From Octopus bimaculoides (lineage: Eukaryota): a DNA stretch of 64,000 bases. Position 1 is the stretch's first letter. Each line of letters opens with the position of its first letter. Location: NCBI RefSeq assembly GCF_001194135.2, contig NC_068983.1:14367701-14431700 (forward strand), given 5' to 3'. This document shows positions 1-13,846 of this stretch, piece by piece. A program made the position numbers and the translations under genes. Below the pieces are notes generated by a model. The model made no database searches. It was not told the DNA's origin and saw nothing but the letters and a program-made list of their open reading frames with translations.

Positions 1-400
1 CAGTTTTCCCATTGTGGTTTATGGTGGATGAATTTTCGACAAACAGAAAAAAAATCTACGATAAGGTTTTCTTGTGGCTACGTGTGTGTGTACGTAATGT
101 GGTTGTGCTGTTGCGACATGGAGGGTGACATGGCCACCATTATTGTTCTTGAACCTGCTAAATATCTTGTATAAGGATTTATTGATTGTTTTGTGATTTA
201 TTTCGCATAGTATTTCTTTGTTTAACGCTTCGATAATGAGTCTTATTATTCTTCTGTAGTATTGCTGTACTATATTTGAGGTTGGTCTGAGCTTAAATCA
301 GGCTCTTTTCTGTACTATGAAAACGTGAATGTTAAACTCGATGAAATTTTCGTTAATCTTATGAAAGTGATTTTTACGCCGTTAAATTTATAACACGATA
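1..400 (-). mobile_element. Possible highly degraded Penelope-like retroelement fragment
   Basis: T/G-rich plus strand (A/C-rich on minus). Minus translation ...NNG/WWPCHPPCRNSTTTLRTHT loosely resembles the Cys-containing linker before PLE GIY-YIG domains; stops in all frames. Confidence 0.25.
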
Positions 401-1187
401 TGTTTGTTAGTTTTACAAATTTTGTGTGTGTTTGAATTAGTAAACAGTTAGAATTTGTTTTGAAGCTAGTAATAGCCTTTATCATAGTTGTTTAGACTAC
501 AACGGTTTGTGAAACATGTGCGTTTATATGATGTTTAAATGAATGGTGTTGTCTGATTGTATCTGCATTAATGTGTTATTTTAGCATTATCTTTATCCAA
601 TATTATATTTATTTAGTATTATATTTATTTATATATCTATAAAGTAGTATTCTTGTTTATATATTTGTTCAGTATTATATTTACTGTATCAATGTTATAA
701 AGTTAGTGTTTATTTTTATGCGAATTGTATTCTCGGAGCTACCTGAAATTGTTGAATATACATACGTACGTCAATGTTAGTGATCGTAGTGTTGCTGAAT
801 GTTGCGAATATTGTTTCGACATGCGAATGGCTCCACGTCTTTTGTTTCCTTTTGAAGGGTGTAAAAGGTTTTCATTTTGCATTGATGTGCGAACGAGCTG
901 TGATGGTGGTGGGATGTATGAATAGGCTCTGCTGTTTTGAAACAGTATTCGCTATGCGTTTCTAGTAGCTTAGCGTGTTCTGGAAAAATTGAAAACAGGC
1001 TGCGATAGCTTGATACGATGGTGTGTGAAGCTAAGGACATTATTTGTAATCATACTGTGCTTTGACTTTAGTTCTCTTTATTGTTTTTATACCTCTCTGT
1101 ATTGTATCCATATAAAGTCTTCTATGATGGTGGGTATAAGGTTAAAGGGATAGGACTGCAGTAACGGTTGAATGAAATTGAATGCAG

Positions 1188-1219
<32 letters not shown>

Positions 1220-1475
1220 TACCTAAACATGTNNNNNNNNNNTATATATATATATATATATATATATGAATATATGCATGTGTATAATTACATCAAGGAT
1301 ATCAAATCCTCTTAAAGGGATATTACCATCCAAGTTATATCCAGTGCTTCAGTGAAAATTTGTGTCTATATATTAATTTCTCCATTTTCTTTTTCCCATA
1401 CAAGAATACGCGCACACACGCATACACACACACACACACGTATATATATATACATGCGCACAAAAAGTTATTCGA

Positions 1476-1530
1476 CATCTAGCATTAAAGAAGTGCCCTT
1501 AAGAATTTCTAATGCAGATATGAGATAGAA
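1476..1530. repeat. ~55-bp hairpin-type dispersed repeat, copy 1 (copy 2 at 3166-3222)
   Basis: catctagcattaaagaa...taatgcagata..atagaa occurs twice; arms tct(a)gcatta / taatgcaga are inverted. Confidence 0.65.
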
Positions 1531-2092
1531 CACACGCATACGATCACACATGTGTATTTATGCATGTGTGTGTTTATATGTGTGTATGTATGTGTGTGTA
1601 TGTATGCTCGTATGTGTTTATTACATTAATATAATTATGGTAGCCGATATTTTGAATTTCTCCATGCCATATTATCTCTTGTTGTTTTTGTTGTTGAATA
1701 GATTATTTTATATATTTTAAAAGGTCTCAGCTGAATTTGACTCTGTCATATTTGATTTCAGTCTGGATACAACGTTGAAGAATTCTCTATTGTGTTTTCA
1801 GAGATCTGTCCTTAATTGTAATGGCATAAATGTGATGTGCGGCAAAATATTTCTTTACTTCTATAAAAGTGTTTCTTTGCTCGTTATTTTAATATTCCTC
1901 AATATTCGTATCAATTTGACAACGTTTATTGTTGCATGTGAAGAGCAAAAATGTTTTGTTGAATCTGTTTCATGATAAACTATGAAGTTGAACTACTAGC
2001 CGTACTTCTTACCTTTATTGCAGTTATTTTATTGTAATATGTCACACAAAATTATGTATGTGACATGTTAGTAAATAGAGTTACTTGGTATC

Positions 2093-2257
2093 TGTCGTGT
2101 CGACGCCCCCGGGCGAAGAAGTAGGATCTCCCAAGACATATAAGTAGAGGTAGTCTGGCCGTGGTAGGGGTGTTGAATAGCAGTTGAGTAGCAGTTGTGT
2201 AGCGTTTGAGTAGAGATCATCCGAAGGTGCTAGGTAGCAGTAGCTTGGGACATAACA
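2093..2257 (+). mobile_element. 165-bp solo LTR, copy 1
   Basis: TGT...ACA termini (tgtcgtgtcgacgccccc...gggacataaca); flanks gtatc/atatc (5-bp TSD, 1 mismatch); same length and ~90% ungapped identity to the reverse complement of 57414-57578. Confidence 0.85.
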
Positions 2258-3165
2258 ATATCTCTGTTAATATTATATTGGAAAATACGTTGTTAAAGAT
2301 TTTAATGTATGTTTTATGTAGAGGCGCCGCGTTGAATTTAATGCATGTGAAGTTTTACCTTCGTATTTCTCTAGACGTTACTATATATCGAATTGTTATT
2401 TTACGTCCGGCTTTGAAGCTATGATTTGTATATTATATTAGAACCAATATATCCAATATTTTGACTAGTTTTCAATACTCTAGGGTGAACGTTTCTTACA
2501 ATTTATCAATAAGTTCCAGTGTGCCAAGCAAGAGCATATATATTCACTGTAAGAGCATATATATTCATTGTAAGGTATTATGTTACTGTTGCCTAAACAT
2601 GTGTACACCTCTAACACCGATATAGTAGTTATGAAACACATGCAGGCGTAAATTCAATCGACTGTGTCCTTCACTTATAAAGGCTTAGTAGCGTTATCAT
2701 TTAATATATTGTTATGTAAATATTTATAATTGTAATGGCGTATATAGCCATGGGAATATTGGCGTTGGAGAGCAATTTGTTAGTGCTAAATTTGTATTTA
2801 TAACATTCGCATCTAGTACATCCGTACGAAGTTGTAAAACCTAGTGACCTAACACGGTTAACACGAACACGATACCACTGATTTTAGCCACAAATAACCA
2901 TATTTGCTTACTTTTATTGTATTTCAACCTGACATTTGTAGCCAAGCAATATATCGTCGACGCCATATTGCTTTATGTCAAAGATTTTATGGGAACATTT
3001 TAGAAACGACATATGCTGTGTAACTTCGTGTGATGTATAGTATTTTCTCATATTTGTTTTTGTTATGCTTAGTCGTGTAATTCTTTTTCTACTTGTTCAA
3101 TTGTTTCCATTGATTCATATCCTTATCCACCTGTTTCTTTCTGAGCCTATTCCTCTTTTATTCAG

Positions 3166-3222
3166 CATCTAGCATTAAAGAAATGTTCTTAACAAGAATT
3201 GCTAATGCAGATATTAAATAGA
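3166..3222. repeat. ~55-bp hairpin-type dispersed repeat, copy 2
   Basis: Matches 1476-1530 (catctagcattaaagaa; ctaatgcagatat). Confidence 0.65.
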
Positions 3223-4083
3223 ATGCAGAATATTTTTAACATCGCTCTAGCGTAGTAATATACAGAAGATCTCTAGGTACATCTTTTTCTGTCTTCTGCT
3301 TTCTAGGTTTATGTACATGCGTATGTCTGTCTATATGTGAATATGTATATATTTCTGCATACGTAATCCTCTGTTAGTTATCGTTGTTGTTGTTGTTGTT
3401 ATTATTATTATTATTATTATTGATATTATTATCATTATTGTTATTATTATTCATAGCATTACAATACCGCATAACTATCATAAAAAATATGTGCCACTCC
3501 GCGTTACTAATTTTCTTTGCAATCTCATACATACACGTATACATACATACATACATACATACACACACAAATATATATACATATATATATGTATATATAT
3601 ATATATGTACNNNNNNNNNNNNNNNNNNNNNNNNNNNNNNNNNNNNNNNNNNNNNNNNNNNNNNNNNNNNNNNNNNNNNNNNNNNNNNNNNNNNNNNNNN
3701 NNNNNNNNNNNNNNNNNNNNNNNNNNNNNNNNNNNNNNNNNNNNNNNNNNNNNNNNNNNNNNNNNNNNNNNNNNNNNNNNNNNNNNNNNNNNNNNNNNNN
3801 NNNNNNNNNNNNNNNNNNNNNNNNNNNNNNNNNNNNNNNNNNNNNNNNNNNNNNNNNNNNNNNNNNNNNNNNNNNNNNNNNNNNNNNNNNNNNNNNNNNN
3901 NNNNNNNNNNNNNNNNNNNNNNNNNNNNNNNNNNNNNNNNNNNNNNNNNNNNNNNNNNNNNNNNNNNNNNNNNNNNNNNNNNNNNNNNNNNNNNNNNNNN
4001 NNNNNNNNNNNNNNNNNNNNNNNNNNNNNNNNNNNNNNNNNNNNNNNNNNNNNNNNNNNNNNNNNNNNNNNNNNNNNNNNNNN

Positions 4084-4121
<38 letters not shown>

Positions 4122-4256
4122 AATTTTGTGTAATTCAGATGGCACTCTGTGTCAGATTTCCGACGTCGAATTCTGGCAATGTTGTATGTCTATGAATGTC
4201 TCCTTGTAAAGATGTATTGATCTGTATGCGTTCATTTTTTTGTTAATGGCATGCTT

Positions 4257-4298
<42 letters not shown>

Positions 4299-4959
4299 NN
4301 NNNNNNNNTATATATATATATATATTACGCACACACAGATACACATTCATTCACATACACATACATACACAACACACACGTAACACACACATAACGCACA
4401 CATATGTGTATATGTATATATAGATATATAAATATATATACATCTATACTATGCTTGTAAAGATAAAGCAAAATAACCAGAGTGGAAATGGCCAAATACC
4501 CACGTACATATCTGCATTCATAAATATGTAAATGTATACATACTCATGCATACACAAAACGTTCATTTTTCACATACTTATTTGCATACATACACTGAAA
4601 TACCCATATGCATCAATCATGTATCTATACATACAAGCATAAGAAACGTGCACACATAACCCACTTACACACAAAATCACACACGTTCACACACATATAT
4701 TATATTCACATCAACATTTACGTATCTATGGTTGGGTATGTGAGTAATGGAAATTTATATATTTGTGTAAATATATGACCCATAATTTTCTTGATTAAGT
4801 ATGAATATATGTATGTGTATGCTAGTACAGGCCTATGTCTAGTTGTAAACTGTATTGTGCATGCGTATTCATAGTTCCTTTCATATACGCCAAATTTAAT
4901 GTATATAAACAGCCGTATGTGTGTGTATATACATGTATATATTTATATACACGTATATT

Positions 4960-5001
<42 letters not shown>

Positions 5002-5165
5002 NNNNNNNNNNNNNNNNNNNNNNNNNNNNNNNNNNNNNNNNNNNNNNNNNNNNNNNNNNNNNNNNNNNNNNNNNNNNNNNNNNNNNNNNNNNNNNNNNNN
5101 NNNNNNNNNNNNNNNNNNNNNNNNNNNNNNNNNNNNNNNNNNNNNNNNNNNNNNNNNNNNNNNNA

Positions 5166-5197
<32 letters not shown>

Positions 5198-6146
5198 AAT
5201 TTAATGTATATAAACAGACGTATGTGTGTATATATATGTAATATTTATATACACATTTAGGTGTATATACATATATGTATATATATATACACACATACAC
5301 ATTTATGTGTATATATATATATGTGTGTGTGTTCGTGTGTGTGTGTGTGTGTGTGTATGTGTGTGTGTGTGTGTGTGCGTGCGTGTGTGTGTGTGTGTGT
5401 GTGTGTATTACATACAAAGATGTGAGCAAAAGAACATGCCCGCAGTCTTGTATCTGTATTGATAGCAGAACTCAGCATGGTACCACATCATAACATCATA
5501 TCATATGCACATGCTAATTATTTAAAGCTCAACATAAGTGTTATATCTAGCTATATTTTTTGTATTATTTATCTATTCTTTTTTTTCTTTCGCTTTTGTT
5601 ACTTCATAAAAATAAGCCACAAATCTAATGGAATACATACATAATAAAGAAGTGCAGAAGTACTTCTCGTAATGTAAGTGAATGTTGGTATGTGTTGTTC
5701 TTTTCTCATTTATTTTTTGCTGTTGATACTCGGTAGAGAGAGTTTGTAAAGCAATATTTTTTTTAATATAAGAAATTAATGAATATATTTAAGAGAGTGA
5801 AGTACAGATTAAAATTCAGTATTATTTTCATACGCTCAGCTAATACCAGCCTAGAATATTCATTTATATGTTTACATTATTTTTATGGAAACACATATTA
5901 ATTCAGTTATTTGTTTACTTAAGTATATTTATGTTCTTATTTCCATAATACATACTCCACATTGGAAACCTAAAAATGTGTGAATTATTGGTTAAGGGAT
6001 GGATATTTAATTATTAGCTTGCAGATATAAAATACATCTATAGAAAACTAATTTAAGTGTAGCAGATATAAAAAAAATTACCCAGAACAAAAGCAAAGAA
6101 ACAAAACATTACATTCGAATACTTTTATCACACTGTACAACGTGTT

Positions 6147-6194
<48 letters not shown>

Positions 6195-6657
6195 NNNNNN
6201 NNNNNNNNNNNNNNNNNNNNNNNNNNNNNNNNNNNNNNNNNNNNNNNNNNNNNNNNNNNNNNNNNNNNNNNNNNNNNNNNNNNNNNNNNNNNNNNNNNNN
6301 NNNNNNNNNNNNNNNNNNNNNNNNNNNNNNNNNNNNNNNNNNNNNNNNNNNNNNNNNNNNNNNNNNNNNNNNNNNNNNNNNNNNNNNNNNNNNNNNNNNN
6401 NNNNNNNNNNNNNNNNNNNNNNNNNNNNNNNNNNNNNNNNNNNNNNNNNNNNNNNNNNNNNNNNNNNNNNNNNNNNNNNNNNNNNNNNNNNNNNNNNNNN
6501 NNNNNNNNNNNNNNNNNNNNNNNNNNNNNNNNNNNNNNNNNNNNNNNNNNNNNNNNNNNNNNNNNNNNNNNNNNNNNNNNNNNNNNNNNNNNNNNNNNNN
6601 NNNNNNNNNNNNNNNNNNNNNNNNNNNNNNNNNNNNNNNNNNNNNNNNNNNNNNNNN

Positions 6658-6728
<71 letters not shown>

Positions 6729-7278
6729 ATATGTATGTATGTATGTATTAATTTACATGTGTCTGTATGTGAGCGTGTGGGATAGATTTTGATGTGTAAG
6801 TGTGAGTATGTTTTACTCCAAACAACGTACATCAGTCAAACATTGAAATAAGTTTCAACAACACAAAACCTCACTATGGGTGAAATAAGAATGTAAATGC
6901 ATATTTTGTATGCCAAACAACGAAAGGAAAATATAGCTACGTAACAGTAGCGTCAGTATTATGTTGGATAAAAACGTAACCAACCAAATTACTGTATTAA
7001 TGAAGATAGACAAAATTTCAAATTCTTGTCCATTTTGGTAATGTGTCCATATCCAGCAATTATTTAGTGTATAGATGTAACGTGTTGCGCTCATAGGTGT
7101 CTGTTGCGATATTAATATCAGGTCCTTGGTCTGACGATAACTTTGTCCTTTTACTGTTGCATGCCCTCGAGAAGGGATCTATGCACATGTCTTACTCCCA
7201 AGTCATTAATAGAACAAGACAGTTGCTAAGAACGAAGTTGTTTGTTTTGTTTTTAAATGCTTCATTACTGAAATTAAC

Positions 7279-7380
7279 AGCTGGCCGCCAGCACTTTTTT
7301 CTGCAAAATAGGGGTAGCGTATCCTGTTCAGGCTATATTATTAGCATTATCCTGCGTTTGAGAATTTAAAATCACTTCTT
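7279..7380 (+). repeat. 102-bp direct repeat of 7593-7694
   Basis: agctggccgcca...aaaataggggtagc.tatcctgttcaggctatattattagcattatcctgcgtttgagaatttaaaatcacttctt is nearly identical in both copies; period 314 bp. Confidence 0.9.
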
Positions 7381-7524
7381 TAACTATCTAAGATATCTCA
7401 ACACTTCTAAAAGCAAACTTCGTTTGTTTGTTTACGTTTATCGTAATTTGAATTTAACGTATGATAGCGTCTCATAAAGGGAGATTTCTATACATCTTAA
7501 ATTTGCAGAAGAATGTATGGTGAG

Positions 7525-7604
7525 GGCAGTTTAGCTTAATCGGTCTAGAGGACCACGACGCGTAATCACAGAGATGTGAGTTCGAGTCTCATAGCTGGCC
7601 GCCA
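7525..7604 (+). pseudogene. Degenerate tRNA-like sequence (Thr-CGT-like; pseudogene or SINE head)
   Basis: A-box-like tagcttaatcggt; T-arm gtgag-ttcgagt-ctcat; acceptor ggcagtt/agctggc pairs 6 of 7; loop cgcgtaa; anticodon stem largely unpaired; ends gcca. Confidence 0.6.
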
Positions 7605-9086
7605 ACGCTTTTGTCTGTAAAATAGGGGTAGCTTATCCTGTTCAGGCTATATTATTAGCATTATCCTGCGTTTGAGAATTTAAAATCACTTCTTACTATT
7701 GACATGTTTTGTAATTCTCAATGATGGTTATGAAATCGAAATAAAGACAAATATTTTTAGGAAAGTCTACTGAATCGATGATTTTTTTTCCAATTTTGGC
7801 ACTAGACTAGCAATTTTGTGAGAATTATGTCAGTTCGGCGCATTATTTTATTAAATGGCTGACATGTACTTTACTTGGGCAATGTGATCGTTCAACCTGC
7901 AGGAGAACTCAGCCAAATCTTCTTTAAACTATACGCTGTCTTACATAAAAAATACATTGCTTGTAGTTCATGGTACGTCCGTGAAAATGCAGCGAAGTCA
8001 TGGCTGGAGTGTCTGTGATCATAGTCCCACTTGATCAGATGTGACCTAACGCTAAACGCCAACACTTCTGGAACTTTAGTGGAGCCTCTTTCTGGTCACT
8101 CGATCAGCCAAACGTGGCTGCAATCTCTCAACTATATTATACTCTACTGTGGAAGAAATAACTGAAGAAGACGTTGCGTAATTTACTCCATGGGATATTT
8201 TATCCGAAAGGTAAAAAAAAAAACAGCAACAAAAAAAAGCAACAACAAAATATTCAAATGGTGGAGGAGAAAACGGACAGACTTGGTATTAAATACCATC
8301 AACTCCGAGGTAATCAAAAACAAAGTAACCACTGGTGAAATTTGAACTCATATAGTAGAACGACAAAATTTGATACTACGCAATATTTATTTAACCCGGC
8401 GCTCTTTGACGTCTTCCACTCCACCGCTTCCTGCATCATGCCCAGTCTCTCATACAATATGTTACTTTATTCGCTCGCTATACGGTTATTTTCACAATGG
8501 TAGATTCAGAACTTGTGACTCAAACTACATACAGCTCTGTGAACCAATAATGTAAAAACTTTGCAGGGGTCAACTTTTCTGAATGTGCTCTGTATCAATT
8601 TTATTCCTCATCCTATATTCTTTGATAGAGAAATTCGATAGTTTGCTTTTCAAGCTTATCACGTCACATTTCGTTGTTATGCATCGCTGATCTCTACATA
8701 GATGTGAATGATATGTTTGCTTTAATGTCTATGTTAGTACTTAGTTATATCTTTTCATGTCGTTGCCCGAAATATCTTAACTGGTCAGCTAGAAAAGTAA
8801 CACGTCAAATTGTTGGAGTTATTGAATAAACGATCAATGAATAAAAAGGATTTATTTAACAGAACTTCATTTTACATGTTACATATAACTCAAAGTCAAT
8901 CCGGTTAAGTTAAAGGTTCAGAAAGATAGAAAATATCTACAAAACATTTTTTTTTATTTATTATTATTTTTTTTTTTTACATTTCAAGACTGAGCTTCCA
9001 TGTTTGTCTTGGTTTCTTTGTTGTTGACTTAGTGGAAATAAACTATTCCATTTCGATAGACAAAGTCAGAAACGCAACACGCGCAC

Positions 9087-9150
<64 letters not shown>

Positions 9151-9627
9151 NNNNNNNNNNNNNNNNNNNNNNNNNNNNNNNNNNNNNNNNNNNNNNNNNN
9201 NNNNNNNNNNNNNNNNNNNNNNNNNNNNNNNNNNNNNNNNNNNNNNNNNNNNNNNNNNNNNNNNNNNNNNNNNNNNNNNNNNNNNNNNNNNNNNNNNNNN
9301 NNNNNNNNNNNNNNNNNNNNNNNNNNNNNNNNNNNNNNNNNNNNNNNNNNNNNNNNNNNNNNNNNNNNNNNNNNNNNNNNNNNNNNNNNNNNNNNNNNNN
9401 NNNNNNNNNNNNNNNNNNNNNNNNNNNNNNNNNNNNNNNNNNNNNNNNNNNNNNNNNNNNNNNNNNNNNNNNNNNNNNNNNNNNNNNNNNNNNNNNNNNN
9501 NNNNNNNNNNNNNNNNNNNNNNNNNNNNNNNNNNNNNNNNNNNNNNNNNNNNNNNNNNNNNNNNNNNNNNNATATATATATATATAAATGACTAGCAGCG
9601 GAATCATTATTAATATCAAAAGATAAA

Positions 9628-9963
9628 TATGGGTAAAGACATCCTTCCGCTATGACTGACCATGGGATTGCACCTAGAAAGTTACCCACCGAGGCACAAG
9701 TCCAGGCAAGGTTGTTTTATGGAAGATCAGCAGTCGTCCATGCATACCATCCCCCCTCTCCGCGCCACCGATGTTGTCTAATGGAAAGGCCGGTACAGCT
9801 CGGTGCCAGTGAAGTCGCAACTCATTTCGACACCTGAGAGAACTGGAGTAACATGAAATGAAGTGTCTTGCTCAAGAACACAATACACAGCCTGGTTCAG
9901 GAATCGAAATCACTACCTCATGATTGTGAGTTCGATGCTCTAATCACTGATCCATGCACCTTT
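9628..9963 (-). mobile_element. tRNA-derived SINE, family E (CORE-like domain)
   Basis: Minus head aaggtgcatggatcagtgattagagc...gatttcgattcc, then gtgttcttgagcaagacactt (resembles the CORE motif gtgaccttgggcaagtcactt); related to 47105-47252. Confidence 0.8.
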
Positions 9964-10167
9964 AATACCAAAAGGTAATCATTGTTATATCCATGTCTTT
10001 TTAGAACATCTAATACTGCATTATTAGCCTAGAAAGACCCTCTCATATGGATGCATGGTGCATAAAAGTACACACGTACATCGTAGTAGATCTGTATCTT
10101 ATAGATTAGGTAGGGATTAAGAATTAAAACGTAGATTTATAAGGTTATTGAGATTACCTAAGGGGTT

Positions 10168-10354
10168 TTACTCTTTTATTTGTTTCAGTCATTTGACTGG
10201 CCATGCTGGAGCACCGCCTTTTAGTCGAGCTAATCGACCCCAGGACTTAGTCTTTGTAAGCCTAGTACTTATTTTATCGGTCTCTTTTGCCGAACCGTTA
10301 AGTTACGGGGACGTAAACACACCAGCATCGGTTGTCAAGGCGATGTTGGGGGGA

Positions 10355-10416
<62 letters not shown>

Positions 10417-10577
10417 CACACACACACACACATATATACATATATACGACGGGATTCTTTCAGTTTCCGTCTACCAAATCCACTCACAAGGCTTTGGTCG
10501 GGCCGAGGCTATAGAATGAACCCGGAACCATGTGGTTGGTAAGCAAGCTACTTACCACAGAGCCACTCCTACGCCTG
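10168..10577 (-). mobile_element. tRNA-derived SINE, family A (internal CA/TA microsatellite)
   Basis: Head (minus) gtggctctgtggtaagtagcttgcttaccaaccacatggttccgggttc; body cagtttccgtctaccaaatccactcacaagg; tail gtttcagtcatttgact; the middle of the CORE-like region is deleted. Confidence 0.92.
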
Positions 10578-12300
10578 TGGAAATATACTGTATGTTCGTT
10601 CAGGCATTTGGATTTGTGGTAGAATTTGAATGCATGAAAAAAGCGGTGGTTGCACTTGTCTTATCACCATTGATGGCTTGATTCCATGGGTCATTTTGTG
10701 TTTCAAGACTTCCATTAACAGCTTTACACAGGTCTCCATTTGTTCAACAAATTTTCGCAAGAATGGCATCATTTGTATCCCTCGGCCTGTTGCATTGAAC
10801 TCTATATTTTAGGTGCATTCTTCATGATCGTAGTCAGTCGATGGGAGCAAATGCAAAGCCCTAAAACCACAAGCCCATCCGTTACCCACTTCCATACGGT
10901 GAACCATTTCATTTAATGCCTTTAGATAATAAATCAATCCCAGAGCTGAAGTTACACATAACAATGCAAAAAGGTTCTGCACGCTAGTGTTTTGTGACTC
11001 ACAGCTTATTGTTCAGTTTCGAAGAGATACGTTATAGTAAATCATTTAAACCTTTCAGCACACGATATGTTTTGGAGGAGTATCTCAACATCAATGTTAA
11101 TGCAAAGCAATCGCACAGAGTGATTTCTTAATGTTTTCAGCGTTTGTATTCGCTAATTTCCTCCTGCCTCAAATGGCTGTTCCCTTATTTCATTGTTCTT
11201 ATTACAGTATAATTTCACTTTGATATGATGAAATAGCGTATGGGAAGTAAAATCATGGATGAGTAACCAGGAAAAACATTATCATAATCACTATCAAAAC
11301 CACAAAATATTATTTGAAGTGTTTGAATAACACTTTTGATATGTAAACGAATAATCACATCCCTAGTTATTGTATATGAGTTTGCTAGAAGATGACATTC
11401 CGAAACAAAGGACAATATAGAAATGAAAGCAAAACGAAAGAATCACGTATGTTCAACTTATCTTTGTGCAATGTGGTAGAAATTGCACTGCGTCGAAGCC
11501 ATAAAATTATGAATAAGGCAAATGTATAATGGGAGTTAATGATAAACCAATGTAAATAAAACCGGTCTAAAATCAGAGTATTATAAATGTAACTTATATA
11601 GTATCTTTATAAACGGGGATGATTTAGTTATTGCTCTGTAAATTGAAAAAATGATGAACGACTGTAATCGATTTTTGAATTTTAATGGCTGCTCATCAGA
11701 GGCATGTACATCAATTTGTCCAATCCCAGAGAACCAAACAGCCAGTCTGTAAAATATCACATATTCCATTAAATTGAAAACACAGCAACCTCAAGGTTTA
11801 TATGCAGTTAAAAATTAAATAATTAGCTGACGACAAATTTGACTGTTCTGAAGAAAACCTAATATATATATATATATATANNNNNNNNNNNNNNNNNNNN
11901 NNNNNNNNNNNNNNNNNNNNNNNNNNNNNNNNNNNNNNNNNNNNNNNNNNNNNNNNNNNNNNNNNNNNNNNNNNNNNNNNNNNNNNNNNNNNNNNNNNNN
12001 NNNNNNNNNNNNNNNNNNNNNNNNNNNNNNNNNNNNNNNNNNNNNNNNNNNNNNNNNNNNNNNNNNNNNNNNNNNNNNNNNNNNNNNNNNNNNNNNNNNN
12101 NNNNNNNNNNNNNNNNNNNNNNNNNNNNNNNNNNNNNNNNNNNNNNNNNNNNNNNNNNNNNNNNNNNNNNNNNNNNNNNNNNNNNNNNNNNNNNNNNNNN
12201 NNNNNNNNNNNNNNNNNNNNNNNNNNNNNNNNNNNNNNNNNNNNNNNNNNNNNNNNNNNNNNNNNNNNNNNNNNNNNNNNNNNNNNNNNNNNNNNNNNNN

Positions 12301-12378
<78 letters not shown>

Positions 12379-13794
12379 CATACTGCGCGAAAGATGTTAT
12401 AAAGGTGCAACTCATTACATACAAACGCCAGTAAACATGATGGCCAGTAAACATTCGTTGGGTAATTAGAAAATAACGTAAGTGAATAAAGATTATGTAT
12501 TAAAATATTTATGAATGATGAAATAATAATCATAAAATATAAGATAAAAACTAAAAGATATTGAAAAAGATAAATGGTATTTATAAACAAAAGTCCAAAA
12601 ATTTGTAATAGTTATTTAATGTATCCTTTTCTTAAAATGGCTGAATATGAGCTATTTTCCTTTTTGCATAAATTTTAAAATTGCTTAAAAGAAGTTGGGA
12701 TATTCCTCACGATGCCGTTTTAGTAATCCCAACTGTAAAACTGTTGTAAGATTTGTGCAAAAGGTTTCGTCATTACTGTACCATAAGCTATTATCATACC
12801 AATTCCGTTCATGTAAATGTGATTGTCTTTTTGCTTTGTTTCTAAGACATAACTGTATTTGTAGTGTGATTCAAGCTTGCGACTTTTATGTAAATATTCA
12901 TCATGTTATCCAAGCAGACATTACAACTCAACAATTATAAGCTGTTCACTGCAGTGTCTCTTTATCCTGTTACTAGGTTAGCAAATTACATTTTATCTCC
13001 GGTTTTATGCGTATCATTCTGAAAGATATCACGTCTCTTCTCGTGGACATTTTTTAAATTTTCGATCAATAATGTGATTTTTTTTTCTATTTCCATGTCC
13101 GAAGAGAAAGCATTACCATGTGAATGTTAAAAGCAGTTCAGCTTAGAAGCATTTCTTTCTCTCTCTCTCTCTCTCTTCTCTGTCACGTTTTATACAGGAT
13201 TTTTATAATGTCTATCAGAATATGTGCACGTAGATACGTAAATATTTGAAATACTATTCTCGTAATCTCCAATCAACGATGAACCGCAACTCATTTATCC
13301 ATCGCCACTTCAAGGTTCAGATATAGATTTTGTTTTTATAGAACTACAGTGCTGGTCTTAACAGTAAACACGACGGCTACATTTTTTTTATAATTACCTC
13401 TAGTGTTGATTTAACTGTTCTCTTTAACTTTTGTCGCCGTTCAATATTATTTAGCTTATATAACTGTATGTTTTTCTTATCTCTCGAAGTAAAATGGAAA
13501 AGAGATAGCAAGATACAGAACATATTGGGTCTAAATGAAAAAGAATGAAGAAAAACTAAACTTTTCTGTCTTATAGTTTTATAGTTTTCACCATTTTCTT
13601 TTCACCGCCATTATATTATCTACTTTTAGAAGTTAGAATTTTTTTTCTATTGGCTTCTTTAGAATAATGTGAAAGGCAAACTGTCTGGAAAATGCACATG
13701 CATATAAACACACTTACACATCCACACATATACACACGCCACACTTCACACCAAACACACACTTACATATACACATATAAGTAATATATGCTAT

Positions 13795-13846
<52 letters not shown>

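Noticed and set aside
3374-4209. Long ORFs spanning N-runs and TA/CA tracts (also at 6128, 9029, 11798, 37557, 49863, 51386, 54930, 58398, 61395)
   Set aside because: Open only because Ns and dinucleotide repeats lack stops; not coding.
4888-5255. Near-identical sequence on both sides of N gaps (also 36920-37097, 42908-42975, 52543-52730)
   Set aside because: Typical unmerged contig or allele overlaps in scaffolding; treated as assembly artefacts.
10569-10900. Moderate-GC stretch with 60-67 aa ORFs and a CGFR word
   Set aside because: No coherent RT, transposase or host motif, and no convincing splice pair.
11693-11699. Other CTGATGA words (also near 58980 and 60826)
   Set aside because: No stem II or GAAA at the required spacing; chance matches.
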